A stretch of DNA of 46,211 nt from a virus (Duplodnaviria > Caudoviricetes). Both the position numbers and the translations under genes were made by a program. How positions within the stretch are numbered: position 1 is the first letter of the stretch; every line of letters starts with the position of its first letter. The stretch is from IMG/VR virus record IMGVR_UViG_3300029142_000005, positions 1 to 46,211 of that record; one strand, written 5' to 3'. Below are positions 1 through 8,516 of the stretch, piece by piece. Under the pieces are notes generated by a model that saw nothing but the letters and a program-made list of their open reading frames with translations, was not told the origin of the DNA and did not search any database.

Positions 1-17
1 GTTTCCCAGTCACGATC
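1..17 (+). other. Random-amplification (SISPA-type) primer tag; library artefact
   Basis: GTTTCCCAGTCACGATC at the extreme 5' end is the tag of the widely used primer GTTTCCCAGTCACGATC-N9. The next 9 nt or so may also be primer-derived. Confidence 0.9.
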
Positions 18-137
18 GGAGGGGGGTGGGGGGCTTCGTTTCTACGGAGGGTAGTCCCATAACACGACAGGAAATTTTAGAAAAATAATGTCATTGGGTA
101 ATAATATTGCTTTTCTGCAGAAAAATGTAAAAAAGTT

Positions 138-170
138 TTAACAAAAGTGCTATTTTTTTAGTATATAGTA
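138..170 (+). promoter_or_regulatory. Putative phage-sigma-dependent late promoter (copy 1)
   Basis: TTAACAAAA(138-146)-N13-AGTATATAGTA(160-170) at the head of the structural arm. Same architecture at 27830-27862(-) and 36644-36676(+). Confidence 0.8.
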
Positions 171-252
171 ATATACTACTAGGAGATTAAGGAATGTAGG
201 GTATGTTTCCTCGTCATTCCTCCTACTACCCCTTCATATAAAAGGAATACAA

Positions 253-831
253 ATGCCTAACGATGGAAATAGAGGAACGATTAAGGATATGGGGCTTCCT
301 TTGAAGTATCGTAAGGCCATTTCGTATTACATAAAAGGATATACGAAGAAGAGAGCATGTGAGCTAGCTGGATTCACAGGAAAGGCTTCTCATCTAGATG
401 TATTCTCTAGGCCTGAGGTTAGAGAAGAAGTTAATAATAGGATGAAAGCAGTGGAAGCTAAGACGAATATTGATAGAGAATGGATTATTAATAAGCTGGT
501 GGAGATGATTGAAGCTACGCCAGGTGAATTGATTGAGATTGATGGGAAGGGAAGGCCTTCTCTTAATTTTGAGAACATGTCTGCTGGATTGAGGAATGCT
601 CTTACGAAGATTACGATTGATGAGAGCAAGCCAGCAGGTAAATGGAAAAGAACGAAGACGAAGGTAGACATTCGTGTCCCTGATAAGATTGCTGCTCTTA
701 AGGAGCTAGCTGTTCTTCTTGGTCTTCGTGAAGAGAAGCATAAGCTGCAGCTTGAAGATGAAGCTATTGAGATTCTTCAGCGTCGTAGGAATAAGATTGC
801 AAAGAGAGAAGAAGAACAGGATGGAGAATGA
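253..831 (+). CDS. terS: Terminase small subunit
   Basis: N-terminal HTH-like segment (KKRACELAGF), 'IDREWIINKL' and 'DKIAALKELAVLLG' typical of TerS. First gene of the late arm. Confidence 0.8.
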   Translation: MPNDGNRGTIKDMGLPLKYRKAISYYIKGYTKKRACELAGFTGKASHLDVFSRPEVREEVNNRMKAVEAKTNIDREWIINKLVEMIEATPGELIEIDGKGRPSLNFENMSAGLRNALTKITIDESKPAGKWKRTKTKVDIRVPDKIAALKELAVLLGLREEKHKLQLEDEAIEILQRRRNKIAKREEEQDGE

Positions 832-1046
832 GCAGCTTGAATTCGATTTCTCTGAAGAGGAGGGAAGCTCTGAAGAAGCTGGGCCTTGCAGCTACTGCGT
901 TATATGCAACACCTACGATTACACGCTTAGATACTGCAGTCGCTGCCTTCCCAAGTCAGTGCAAAGCTCAGGGAGTGGCACATGGATGCCACAACAACAG
1001 ACCCAAGGAACATCCTGGAAAGAGCAATGGAAGGGGTAATTGGTGA
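828..1046 (+). CDS. Small protein with twin-arginine (Tat)-like signal peptide
   Basis: KRREALKKLGLAATALY...AVA. ATGA overlap with terS, GGAG SD, and overlap with the amidase start. Confidence 0.6.
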   Translation: MSSLNSISLKRREALKKLGLAATALYATPTITRLDTAVAAFPSQCKAQGVAHGCHNNRPKEHPGKSNGRGNW

Positions 1047-1456
1047 GAAAGCTATCTTCTATCATCGTTCATTGCTCTGACACTAAAAAGAATATGAACA
1101 CCACTGTTGATGACATTCGTCGTTGGCATGTTAAAGAGCGTGGATGGGACGATATCGGTTACCACTATGTCATTCATAGGGACGGTTCCGTGATGGTAGG
1201 CCGTGATATAGAAAAAGCAGGTGCACACGCTCGTGGCCATAATGGTCACAGTGTAGGCGTATGCCTTGTAGGGGGTAGGAGCGATAAAGGCACCCCCCTC
1301 TTCAATTACACAGACAGTCAGATGTATGCTCTGTCTGATCTGATAGAGGACCTCATGTCTGAGCACGGAGAGCTCAAGGTGATGGGTCATAATGATGTAA
1401 GCAATAAAGCCTGCCCATGCTTCGATGTGGGAGTGTGGTGGTATGGAGATAATTAA
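1040..1456 (+). CDS. N-acetylmuramoyl-L-alanine amidase endolysin (T7 gp3.5-like, Amidase_2)
   Basis: IIVHCS, DIGYHYVI, GAHARGHN, GHNDVSNKACPCFDV zinc-amidase motifs. Start is TTG 1040 or GTG 1043. Confidence 0.95.
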   Translation: MVRKLSSIIVHCSDTKKNMNTTVDDIRRWHVKERGWDDIGYHYVIHRDGSVMVGRDIEKAGAHARGHNGHSVGVCLVGGRSDKGTPLFNYTDSQMYALSDLIEDLMSEHGELKVMGHNDVSNKACPCFDVGVWWYGDN

Positions 1457-1749
1457 TGGCGCAAGATCAGGTTCCTTATGAAAGTGCGAACTCTGCACGA
1501 TGGACACTTCTTACGGATTCTAATGTAACGGCAGTCACATTTGGTGTAAACTCCGGTGCTGCGTATATTCGTGGCACTAACGGTACATCTGAACCTTCAG
1601 CTACAGCTAAGGGGCATGCCTATCGTACAGGAGAAGGTGAGACGAATATGTCTATGGCTGCAGTGTTCCTCGGTATTAGTGCTAACCGTCTGTGGATGCG
1701 ACCTATTCCCGGCTCTGGCGGTGCTGAAGTGATTGTATCGCATGCATAA
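1456..1749 (+). CDS. Putative head-spike base / small virion protein
   Basis: 97-aa beta-rich protein ending VSHA, translationally coupled to a fibre gene. Arrangement recalls base+fibre pairs in roseobacter phages and GTAs (inference). Confidence 0.5.
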   Translation: MAQDQVPYESANSARWTLLTDSNVTAVTFGVNSGAAYIRGTNGTSEPSATAKGHAYRTGEGETNMSMAAVFLGISANRLWMRPIPGSGGAEVIVSHA

Positions 1750-3745
1750 ATCTGCTTTCCATAGCCCTATAGGTGGACAGAGGTCCCCTATCTCTGGGCA
1801 GAATGTAGATAACTATCTGATTAATGGGTATAGTCCAGAGCTTGTGATTGACGATGCAGGTGTTAATAATTTAAGCATACCTTACTACAGGTATGGTGGA
1901 GTGTTTTGTTCCCATTCTTCACTGTTCGGCACGGCTCGCGACCGCTCGGATGCGGCGACGATGTTCGACAGTTCGGGCAATCTGGTGTGGTCGCCGCATA
2001 ATCTGTTCAGCCACTCTGAGCAGTTCGACAACGCGGCATGGGCAACGTCCAACGCCAGCATCACAGCTGACGCGACCAATTCGCCGGAAGGCACTCTTAC
2101 TGCTGATCGTATTCAAGAAAACGCAAACACGACTACACATAGAACAAGTCAGACAGAAACTCTTGTTGTCGGCTCTACAGTAACGGCGAAAGTCTGGGCG
2201 AAGGCCGATGAGCGTAGTATTGTTCAGGTTTACACGAACCACACTGCGTCACTTTCGGGAGCCAATTTTGACCTGAACGCCGGAACGACGCTGACTGTCA
2301 CCGGTGTCACGGCGACGATGACCGATTTTGGCGACGGCTGGTATCTGTGCGCGATTGAGTTTACCGTTACCAACGCGACAGCGTCGGTTTTTATTGCAAT
2401 GCAAACGTCCGATGCGGCCATGAATGCGGCCTATGCGGGCGACAATTCTTCGGGCTTGTTCCTGTGGGGTGGGCACGAGTTCCGCTCCGATCTCGGCGGC
2501 ATGGCCTCTGTCCCGGCGGATGAACGCGGCCTTAGCAGCGACGCTACCTACCTGCCGACCACGACAGCGGCCCGCTTCCTCCCCCGCCGCGAAGCCTACC
2601 GCTACAACGGCTCAAGCTGGGTGATCGACGGGCATATTCAGGAACCTGCTGGGACAAATTTATTTACTGAAAGTAATCCTGCAGATTGGTCAGGTGTAGT
2701 CACTAGTTTGACAGTTACTGACAATAATGCTACTGGTATTGACGGACAGACAAGTGCTGTCAGTCTGATAACTACAGACACTGCTGCTGGAAGTTTTCAT
2801 CTTATTAGAGAAGCTATAACTAAAGCAGCCTCAGCAACTGATTACACTGTGCAGATTGCAGTTAAAGATAGTGAATATCCATCAGTAGGGTTTGGGTTCG
2901 CTTCCCTGCTATGTCATGGAACTTCTACGTCTAATAGGGCAGAAGTAGATATAGATTTGTCTGATGGAACAGTTCAGTCTAGGACAGCTGGAACAGGTTT
3001 TACAGTGTATGACGCGGATAGTATCAACCTTGGAAATGGTTGGTGGATCATGTGGATGGCCTTCCAATCTAATACTGATACAGATTTAGGTTTCCAACTT
3101 TATGTGGCTGAAGGGCATAATGATAGGTCTTTAGATGGGGACGGTTCATCTGGTATTTATGTTGATTTTGCTGATATAAAGACTGGTCAAATCCTCACCT
3201 CTATTGTGCCAACTGCTGGCTCTACAGTCACCCGCGCCACAGACCCGACCACCGATCAGGTTGTGGCGGCGAAAGTTCCGGCAAGCACGGAAGCCTTCTG
3301 GATGGCGTTCAAGGGGCGGTCCAACTATGCGGACAACGCGTCCGCCTTTGAAAACGTATTTGCGGAACAGCGCGTCGATGCGAGCAACCTTTTCGATTTC
3401 TACCTGGACACCAACAGCACGCGCACCGGTCAGGTTCGCGGTCTGGTCGAGTTCGGCGGCGTCGCCGATGTTGCGACATCCTCGACCGACTACACACCAG
3501 GCGTCGGTGTTCAAATCTCAGCAGCCATGCGCGTTGTGGCCGAGAGTTCTGGTGGGGCCAATGACGGTATCGTGCAGGTTTCCGTCGATGGATCGACCGA
3601 GACAGCCAACACGACTGTAGGGGCCATTTCCGACCTGTCATCTGCGAACCTGGACATGCCGCAGGTTTTCTCCGGCACCAACCAGTTGTTCATTATGGGC
3701 ACGGGCAATCCCGGTGCTGCTGGCATTGCGGAGGCTTCGGCATGA
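1742..3745 (+). CDS. Head-spike fibre / receptor-binding fibre protein
   Basis: Thr/Ser/Ala/Gly-rich. Two related carbohydrate-binding-like modules (NLFSHSEQFDNAAW...GDGWYLC; TNLFTES...GNGWWIM) and 'TSIVPTAGSTVTRA'. Start ATG 1742 (ORF track 1733). Confidence 0.75.
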   Translation: MHKSAFHSPIGGQRSPISGQNVDNYLINGYSPELVIDDAGVNNLSIPYYRYGGVFCSHSSLFGTARDRSDAATMFDSSGNLVWSPHNLFSHSEQFDNAAWATSNASITADATNSPEGTLTADRIQENANTTTHRTSQTETLVVGSTVTAKVWAKADERSIVQVYTNHTASLSGANFDLNAGTTLTVTGVTATMTDFGDGWYLCAIEFTVTNATASVFIAMQTSDAAMNAAYAGDNSSGLFLWGGHEFRSDLGGMASVPADERGLSSDATYLPTTTAARFLPRREAYRYNGSSWVIDGHIQEPAGTNLFTESNPADWSGVVTSLTVTDNNATGIDGQTSAVSLITTDTAAGSFHLIREAITKAASATDYTVQIAVKDSEYPSVGFGFASLLCHGTSTSNRAEVDIDLSDGTVQSRTAGTGFTVYDADSINLGNGWWIMWMAFQSNTDTDLGFQLYVAEGHNDRSLDGDGSSGIYVDFADIKTGQILTSIVPTAGSTVTRATDPTTDQVVAAKVPASTEAFWMAFKGRSNYADNASAFENVFAEQRVDASNLFDFYLDTNSTRTGQVRGLVEFGGVADVATSSTDYTPGVGVQISAAMRVVAESSGGANDGIVQVSVDGSTETANTTVGAISDLSSANLDMPQVFSGTNQLFIMGTGNPGAAGIAEASA

Positions 3746-4119
3746 GCAAGCAGTTCTGCCTCCGCTTCCTGACCCGCCAGCAGGCCGACACCGAGCTTGC
3801 CGCCGTCATCAGCGACTACCTCGACGGGGAGGGCAACGTCGTCATGCAGAACGGCAGGTATATGCACGGGCGGGGCGGCAAGTGGCACCTGACCCACATC
3901 GGGCCTCTGGGCGAGGAAATCGAGATCAACGAACTCGGCGTCGAGGTTGTCGTTCAAGCCGCCGATCTGCGCCACCACGTCAACCTGCTCGTCACGGATG
4001 AAGCCATTCTGGACGCGCTGCGGGACAGCAGTCTGGTGCCGTTCATGTGCTTCCCCGCCACGCCTCGCACGGGCGGCTATTCCAATTCGGGAGCTGAGGA
4101 TGCTGATGCTGAGTTTTGA
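3742..4119 (+). CDS. Hypothetical protein, likely fibre-associated or chaperone
   Basis: ATGA overlap with the fibre gene, GGAGG SD, 'HVNL...PATP' motif, and the same high-GC block as the fibre 3' end. Confidence 0.65.
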   Translation: MSKQFCLRFLTRQQADTELAAVISDYLDGEGNVVMQNGRYMHGRGGKWHLTHIGPLGEEIEINELGVEVVVQAADLRHHVNLLVTDEAILDALRDSSLVPFMCFPATPRTGGYSNSGAEDADAEF

Positions 4120-4166
4120 AAGAAACCTAAATCCAGAAGAAAAGTTCTAACACATAGGAGACATCT

Positions 4167-4385
4167 ATGGAATTTATTACAGCTAATTGGGAAACGATTG
4201 CGCTAGTTGCAGTGTCAGTTATGGCAATTGCAGACCGCATTGTTCTCCTGACCCCTACTGAAACTGACAATAAGATTCTTGCCAGCATCCGTAAGGTGTT
4301 TAAGGTTGTGGGTTTGGTGCCGGAGGATAATAAGGGTGCTAAGAGCAATACTGAAGATTCTGTCTCAGGCGTTGATCGCATTTAA
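4167..4385 (+). CDS. Putative holin
   Basis: AGGAG SD, N-terminal transmembrane segment and 'IVLLTPTETDNKIL' motif. Lies directly upstream of the spanin pair. Confidence 0.65.
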   Translation: MEFITANWETIALVAVSVMAIADRIVLLTPTETDNKILASIRKVFKVVGLVPEDNKGAKSNTEDSVSGVDRI

Positions 4386-4527
4386 TAACTGGACACTGAA
4401 GAAAGCTGGTAAGGACGAGCAGAGAGTTGCCGTACTTACCGAAAACAATGAAGCCACGTCTGACAGCAACAGGATAGCTAATGAAGTATCTAGTAGTTCT
4501 TCTGACAATCTGGTTGGTAGGCTGTAG
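4336..4527 (+). CDS. Putative inner-membrane spanin (Rz-like)
   Basis: GGAGG at 4322-4326 then GTG 4336, in frame with ORF 4279-4527. Hydrophobic N-terminus, helical body, overlaps the lipoprotein gene. Confidence 0.6.
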   Translation: MLRAILKILSQALIAFNNWTLKKAGKDEQRVAVLTENNEATSDSNRIANEVSSSSSDNLVGRL

Positions 4528-4702
4528 TGCTGATACTTCCGTTGATGTACTTTGCACAGCCTTGCCTAGTCATATCAAGACGTACTCTCAAGGAGAGAGA
4601 GAAGAGATTTCTAAGGCGATACAAGCGTACCCTTCGGTCAGGAAACCGGTGGAAACGTCGGTAGGGATTAAGGAGCTGTACGAGAGCAGGTGTAATGAGT
4701 AA
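4481..4702 (+). CDS. Putative outer-membrane spanin lipoprotein (Rz1-like)
   Basis: Signal MKYLVVLLTIW with lipobox LVGC. Overlaps the 3' end of the i-spanin. Confidence 0.7.
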   Translation: MKYLVVLLTIWLVGCSADTSVDVLCTALPSHIKTYSQGEREEISKAIQAYPSVRKPVETSVGIKELYESRCNE

Positions 4703-6239
4703 TCCTGATATAGAACTGCTGGACCAGATTGCTGAGTTTTATGATGATCCTCTCGGGTACGTGATGTTCATGTTCCCTTGGGATGATGATCCTAACATCC
4801 AGATGGTGGAACTGGAAGAGCCTTGGGCGACTCGTTATCAATCTAAATACGGTCCAGATCGCTGGGCATGTGAACTCCTAGATGAGTTGGGAACGGAGAT
4901 TCGTAAGAGAGGATTCGATGGTCGTAACGCTGTTGATCCGATCAGGTTCTCCATCGCATCTGGACACGGTATCGGTAAAAGCACGCTAGTGGCGTGGCTT
5001 ATCAAATTCATTCTAGACACTCGCCCCAATAGCATGGGCGTTGTAACGGCTAACACAGGTGACCAGCTTAGGACCAAGACGTGGGCTGAAGTTGCGAAAT
5101 GGCACCATATGAGTCTGTCCAGTCACCTGTGGGAGTATTCTAACTCTCGCGGTAATATGTCTATCTACCGCAAGGGTAAGCCTGAGTGGAAAGATAAGTG
5201 GCGTTGCGATGCTCTGACAAATAAGGCAGAGAACTCTGAGGCGTTTCAGGGACTTCACTCAGCGAACGGTACTCCGTTCTATATCTTCGATGAGGCTTCT
5301 GGTATCGAGGACAGCATCTGGGAAGCTAGACTTGGCGGCGCAACTGATGGTGAGCCTATGTCTTTTGACTTCGGCAACCCCACTAGAAAGAGCGGATACT
5401 TCTACGAGAACACTATTGGTAAGTATAGTGATAGATTCATCACTAGGCAGATTGACAGCAGAAGTGTGAAGATTACGAATAAGAGTTACATTCAGCAGTT
5501 GAAAGAAGACTTCGGCGAAGATAGCGATATCTTCAAAGTAAAGGTTAAGGGACAGTTTCCCAGTGTGGCTAGCGTACAGTTCATTGGCAATGAGGCTGTC
5601 AAGGATGCTCAGCGTAGGATTGTAGAGCCTAATATAGTCGACCCTGTGTACATCGGTGTGGACGTAGCTAGACAGGGCGACAATCTCAGTGTGATTTTCC
5701 CTCGGATAGGGATGGACGCTAGAGGTATTCCTTATAAGAAATTCTCAGGTATTGATCTTGTCACACTCGTTGATAAGATTATTGAAACTATAGATGAAAT
5801 TCAGAGAATGGGTAAGAAAGTATCTGGCCTGTTCATTGACGGTGGTGGTATGGGAGCAGGCCCAGTAGATATGCTACGCAGGCTGGGCTACAATGTTGTA
5901 GATGTGAACTTCGGCAAGAGGGCTACAGATAATAGATTCAGATATTGGGGTGACCAGATGTGGGGCCACCTTAGAGACAGTCTGGATCGTATGGCTCTGC
6001 CTAATGACGTAGACATCTACACTCAGCTCACGCAGAGAGAGTACACTGTTATGGATAACGGTAAAATCTCTCTTGAGAGTAAGAACATGATGAAGGACAG
6101 AGGCATTTCTAGTCCAGATATAGCTGACGCCTTAGCGCTAACATTTGCTCAGAAGGTGTCTTATAATTATAGTACAGGCATGGGAACTAAGCAGTTGTTC
6201 GCTAAGTCTGACTATAATCCTTTAGAGGAGAAGTGGTAA
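4695..6239 (+). CDS. terL: Terminase large subunit
   Basis: Walker A SGHGIGKS, Walker B YIFDEASG, GNPTR, nuclease motifs IGVDVARQGD and SPDIADALALTFA. Confidence 0.97.
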   Translation: MSNPDIELLDQIAEFYDDPLGYVMFMFPWDDDPNIQMVELEEPWATRYQSKYGPDRWACELLDELGTEIRKRGFDGRNAVDPIRFSIASGHGIGKSTLVAWLIKFILDTRPNSMGVVTANTGDQLRTKTWAEVAKWHHMSLSSHLWEYSNSRGNMSIYRKGKPEWKDKWRCDALTNKAENSEAFQGLHSANGTPFYIFDEASGIEDSIWEARLGGATDGEPMSFDFGNPTRKSGYFYENTIGKYSDRFITRQIDSRSVKITNKSYIQQLKEDFGEDSDIFKVKVKGQFPSVASVQFIGNEAVKDAQRRIVEPNIVDPVYIGVDVARQGDNLSVIFPRIGMDARGIPYKKFSGIDLVTLVDKIIETIDEIQRMGKKVSGLFIDGGGMGAGPVDMLRRLGYNVVDVNFGKRATDNRFRYWGDQMWGHLRDSLDRMALPNDVDIYTQLTQREYTVMDNGKISLESKNMMKDRGISSPDIADALALTFAQKVSYNYSTGMGTKQLFAKSDYNPLEEKW

Positions 6240-6523
6240 TGGCAGCAGCTGCACCTATTTTCGCTGCAATCTCAGGAGCAATCGGGCTGGCTAAGACAGT
6301 CTCTGGGTTGTTCTCAGGAAGCGGCAACACACCTAAAGTAGCTCAGCCATCGGCTGCTACTCCAGTTGATACAAACACTGCTGCTAGGGTTGCGCAGGAC
6401 AGTCAGTTGAAGAAGAATGCTGCATTGGTTCAGAGCGGTAAATCTGGGCAAGTGCTAACTAATGCTTTGGGGCTTAAAGAGTTGGATAAGTTCATCAGCA
6501 AACCTACGATAATGGGGGCATAG
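6239..6523 (+). CDS. Small Ala-rich virion protein preceding the portal
   Basis: TAATG overlap with terL and GAGGAG SD. Position matches small pre-portal genes of T7/BPP-1-like podoviruses. Confidence 0.65.
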   Translation: MAAAAPIFAAISGAIGLAKTVSGLFSGSGNTPKVAQPSAATPVDTNTAARVAQDSQLKKNAALVQSGKSGQVLTNALGLKELDKFISKPTIMGA

Positions 6524-8227
6524 GTGCCTAGTAAATCTCCTCTGACTGATAGAACTAAGGTAGACTACTACTACCGTCAGGTAGGAGCTATGGAGCTTGA
6601 ACGTGAGAGCTTCGTATCTCACTGGATGGAACTCAGTCAGTACATTGACCCACGTAGAGGTAGGTTCCTATTTGATGATAGGAACAAAGGCAATAAGCGT
6701 CACGCCTCTATCATGAATTCTGTAGCTACTCAGGCACTACGTACTGCTGAGAGTGGCATCTTTGCAGGCATCATGTCTCCGTCTCGTCCGTGGTTCAAGC
6801 TTGAACCTATTAATGCAGAACTTGCGAAAGTTAAGTCTGTACAGGAATGGACTCATAAAGTAGAAGACCTTATGCGTACAGTGTTCTTGGAAAGCAATCT
6901 GTACGAGATGGCTCCTATCGCTATTCGAGAGGCTGTACAGTTTGGCACAGCCGCTATGTCTCATGTTGACGATTTCGATGATGTATGCAGATTCTACACT
7001 CACACTGTAGGAAGCTACTTCATAGGTCTAGACCACCGAGGTGAAGTGAATAGGTTCGCTATTCGCAAAGAACTTACTGTCAGCCAGATTGTAGAGAAAT
7101 TCGGTAGGCAGGACAACGGAGAGATTGATTGGACTAATATCTCTACGACTGTTAAGAACCATTGGGACAGAGGCGAATATGATAACTGGTACAGAATTGT
7201 ACAGTATATTGAGCCTAATCCTGATTTTAAAGAAGATTCTTCGGAAGTACAATACAAGAAGTTTACATCTACTTGGTTTGAATACGGAAGTGAGCAGAGG
7301 GTAGATGTCACTTCTAATGATAAGATTCTAAAGAAGGGAGGATTCGACTACTTCCCTGTCCATGTCATCAGGTGGGCTGTCACCGGAGAAGATATCTACG
7401 GAACTAATTGTCCGGGGATGGTAGCTCTAGGTGACATTAAGGGCCTACAGATCATGGAGAAGCGTAAAGCTATGGCTGTAGATAAGCTGGTCAATCCGCC
7501 GCTTATCGGTTCTAATGTCATGAGGGATGTGAATATCAATGCATTGCCGGGCGGTGTCAATATCTTTGATGGTGATGGTCAGCACGAAGCTCTGACTACT
7601 ATTTATCAGGTAGACCCTCGTCTCAATGAAATGCGACAGGACATTGCTGCCCAAGAAGCTAGGATCGGACAGGCATTCTATACAGACTTGTTTCTAGCTA
7701 TTACGGCTATGCAAGGAATTCAGCCTAGGAATCAGTTGGAATTGTCTGAACGAAATGCTGAAAGACTCCTTATGCTAGGTCCTACTCTGGAACGTATTCA
7801 GCAGGACTTCCTGAGTAGTATTGTTGAGATCACCTTCTCTCAGATGGCAGAAGCAGGTATTCTTCCAGAGCCTCCCGAAGAGCTAGAGGGTGTAGAATTG
7901 ACAGTCAGGTTCATCTCTTCTCTAGCTCAGGCTCAGAGGGCTATGGACGTTACGGGCATTGAGCGTGTCGCTATGTTCGCAGCTTCTATGGCTCAGGTTA
8001 AGCCTGATGTTCTGGAGAAGTTTAACTCTGATCTAGCGTTTGATGAGTATGTGCGTCTTACAGGTGCAATTCCTGGATTGGCTTTCGATCAGCAATATGT
8101 TGATGGAGTTAGACAGCAGCGTATGGAGATGCAGATGCAGGCAGAGCAAGCTCAGCTTGAGCATACTCAGAGTGAATCTGTTAAAAACATAGCCAGCGCA
8201 ATTCCTCAGGAAGCCTCTAGTGAGTGA
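6524..8227 (+). CDS. Portal (head-tail connector; T7 gp8 / BPP-1 type)
   Basis: 567 aa with GIMSPSRPWFKL, YGTNCPGMVALGDIK, ERLLMLGPTLERI, FISSLAQAQR. Confidence 0.95.
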   Translation: MPSKSPLTDRTKVDYYYRQVGAMELERESFVSHWMELSQYIDPRRGRFLFDDRNKGNKRHASIMNSVATQALRTAESGIFAGIMSPSRPWFKLEPINAELAKVKSVQEWTHKVEDLMRTVFLESNLYEMAPIAIREAVQFGTAAMSHVDDFDDVCRFYTHTVGSYFIGLDHRGEVNRFAIRKELTVSQIVEKFGRQDNGEIDWTNISTTVKNHWDRGEYDNWYRIVQYIEPNPDFKEDSSEVQYKKFTSTWFEYGSEQRVDVTSNDKILKKGGFDYFPVHVIRWAVTGEDIYGTNCPGMVALGDIKGLQIMEKRKAMAVDKLVNPPLIGSNVMRDVNINALPGGVNIFDGDGQHEALTTIYQVDPRLNEMRQDIAAQEARIGQAFYTDLFLAITAMQGIQPRNQLELSERNAERLLMLGPTLERIQQDFLSSIVEITFSQMAEAGILPEPPEELEGVELTVRFISSLAQAQRAMDVTGIERVAMFAASMAQVKPDVLEKFNSDLAFDEYVRLTGAIPGLAFDQQYVDGVRQQRMEMQMQAEQAQLEHTQSESVKNIASAIPQEASSE

Positions 8228-8516
8228 TGTAAGTGATCCAGATTATGTAGCTGAGCGTGGGATACAGCGTAAATTTGACAGAAAAGAAGAGTTAGCTGTA
8301 CTCAGAGGCTTTATGTCTAATCCCGTAGCTAGGAAGCTGATGTACAGGTGGATTAGAGATTGCTACCTAGACACTAGCTGCTTTACTGGTAACTCCAAGA
8401 CTTTCTTTAATGAAGGTAAGAGGGAAGTGGCTTTGAATATTGTTCGGGACTTAGAAGAGTCGTGTCCTGAGCTATACTCTGAAATGAAAATGGAACATAA
8501 GAAGAGGAACAACTAA
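8220..8516 (+). CDS. Bbp19-like protein
   Basis: 'TFFNEGKREVALNI' motif, located between portal and scaffold. Confidence 0.75.
   Translation: MSDVSDPDYVAERGIQRKFDRKEELAVLRGFMSNPVARKLMYRWIRDCYLDTSCFTGNSKTFFNEGKREVALNIVRDLEESCPELYSEMKMEHKKRNN

Noticed and set aside
719-1039. 106-aa Cys-containing + strand ORF overlapping terS
   Set aside because: Overlaps terS extensively. The 828-1046 frame is coupled to both neighbours and has a recognisable signal motif. A shorter version from ATG 821 cannot be fully excluded.
1885-4150. Many alternative-frame and antisense ORFs in the fibre region
   Set aside because: Expected by-product of GC-rich blocks with few stop codons; no SDs or motifs.
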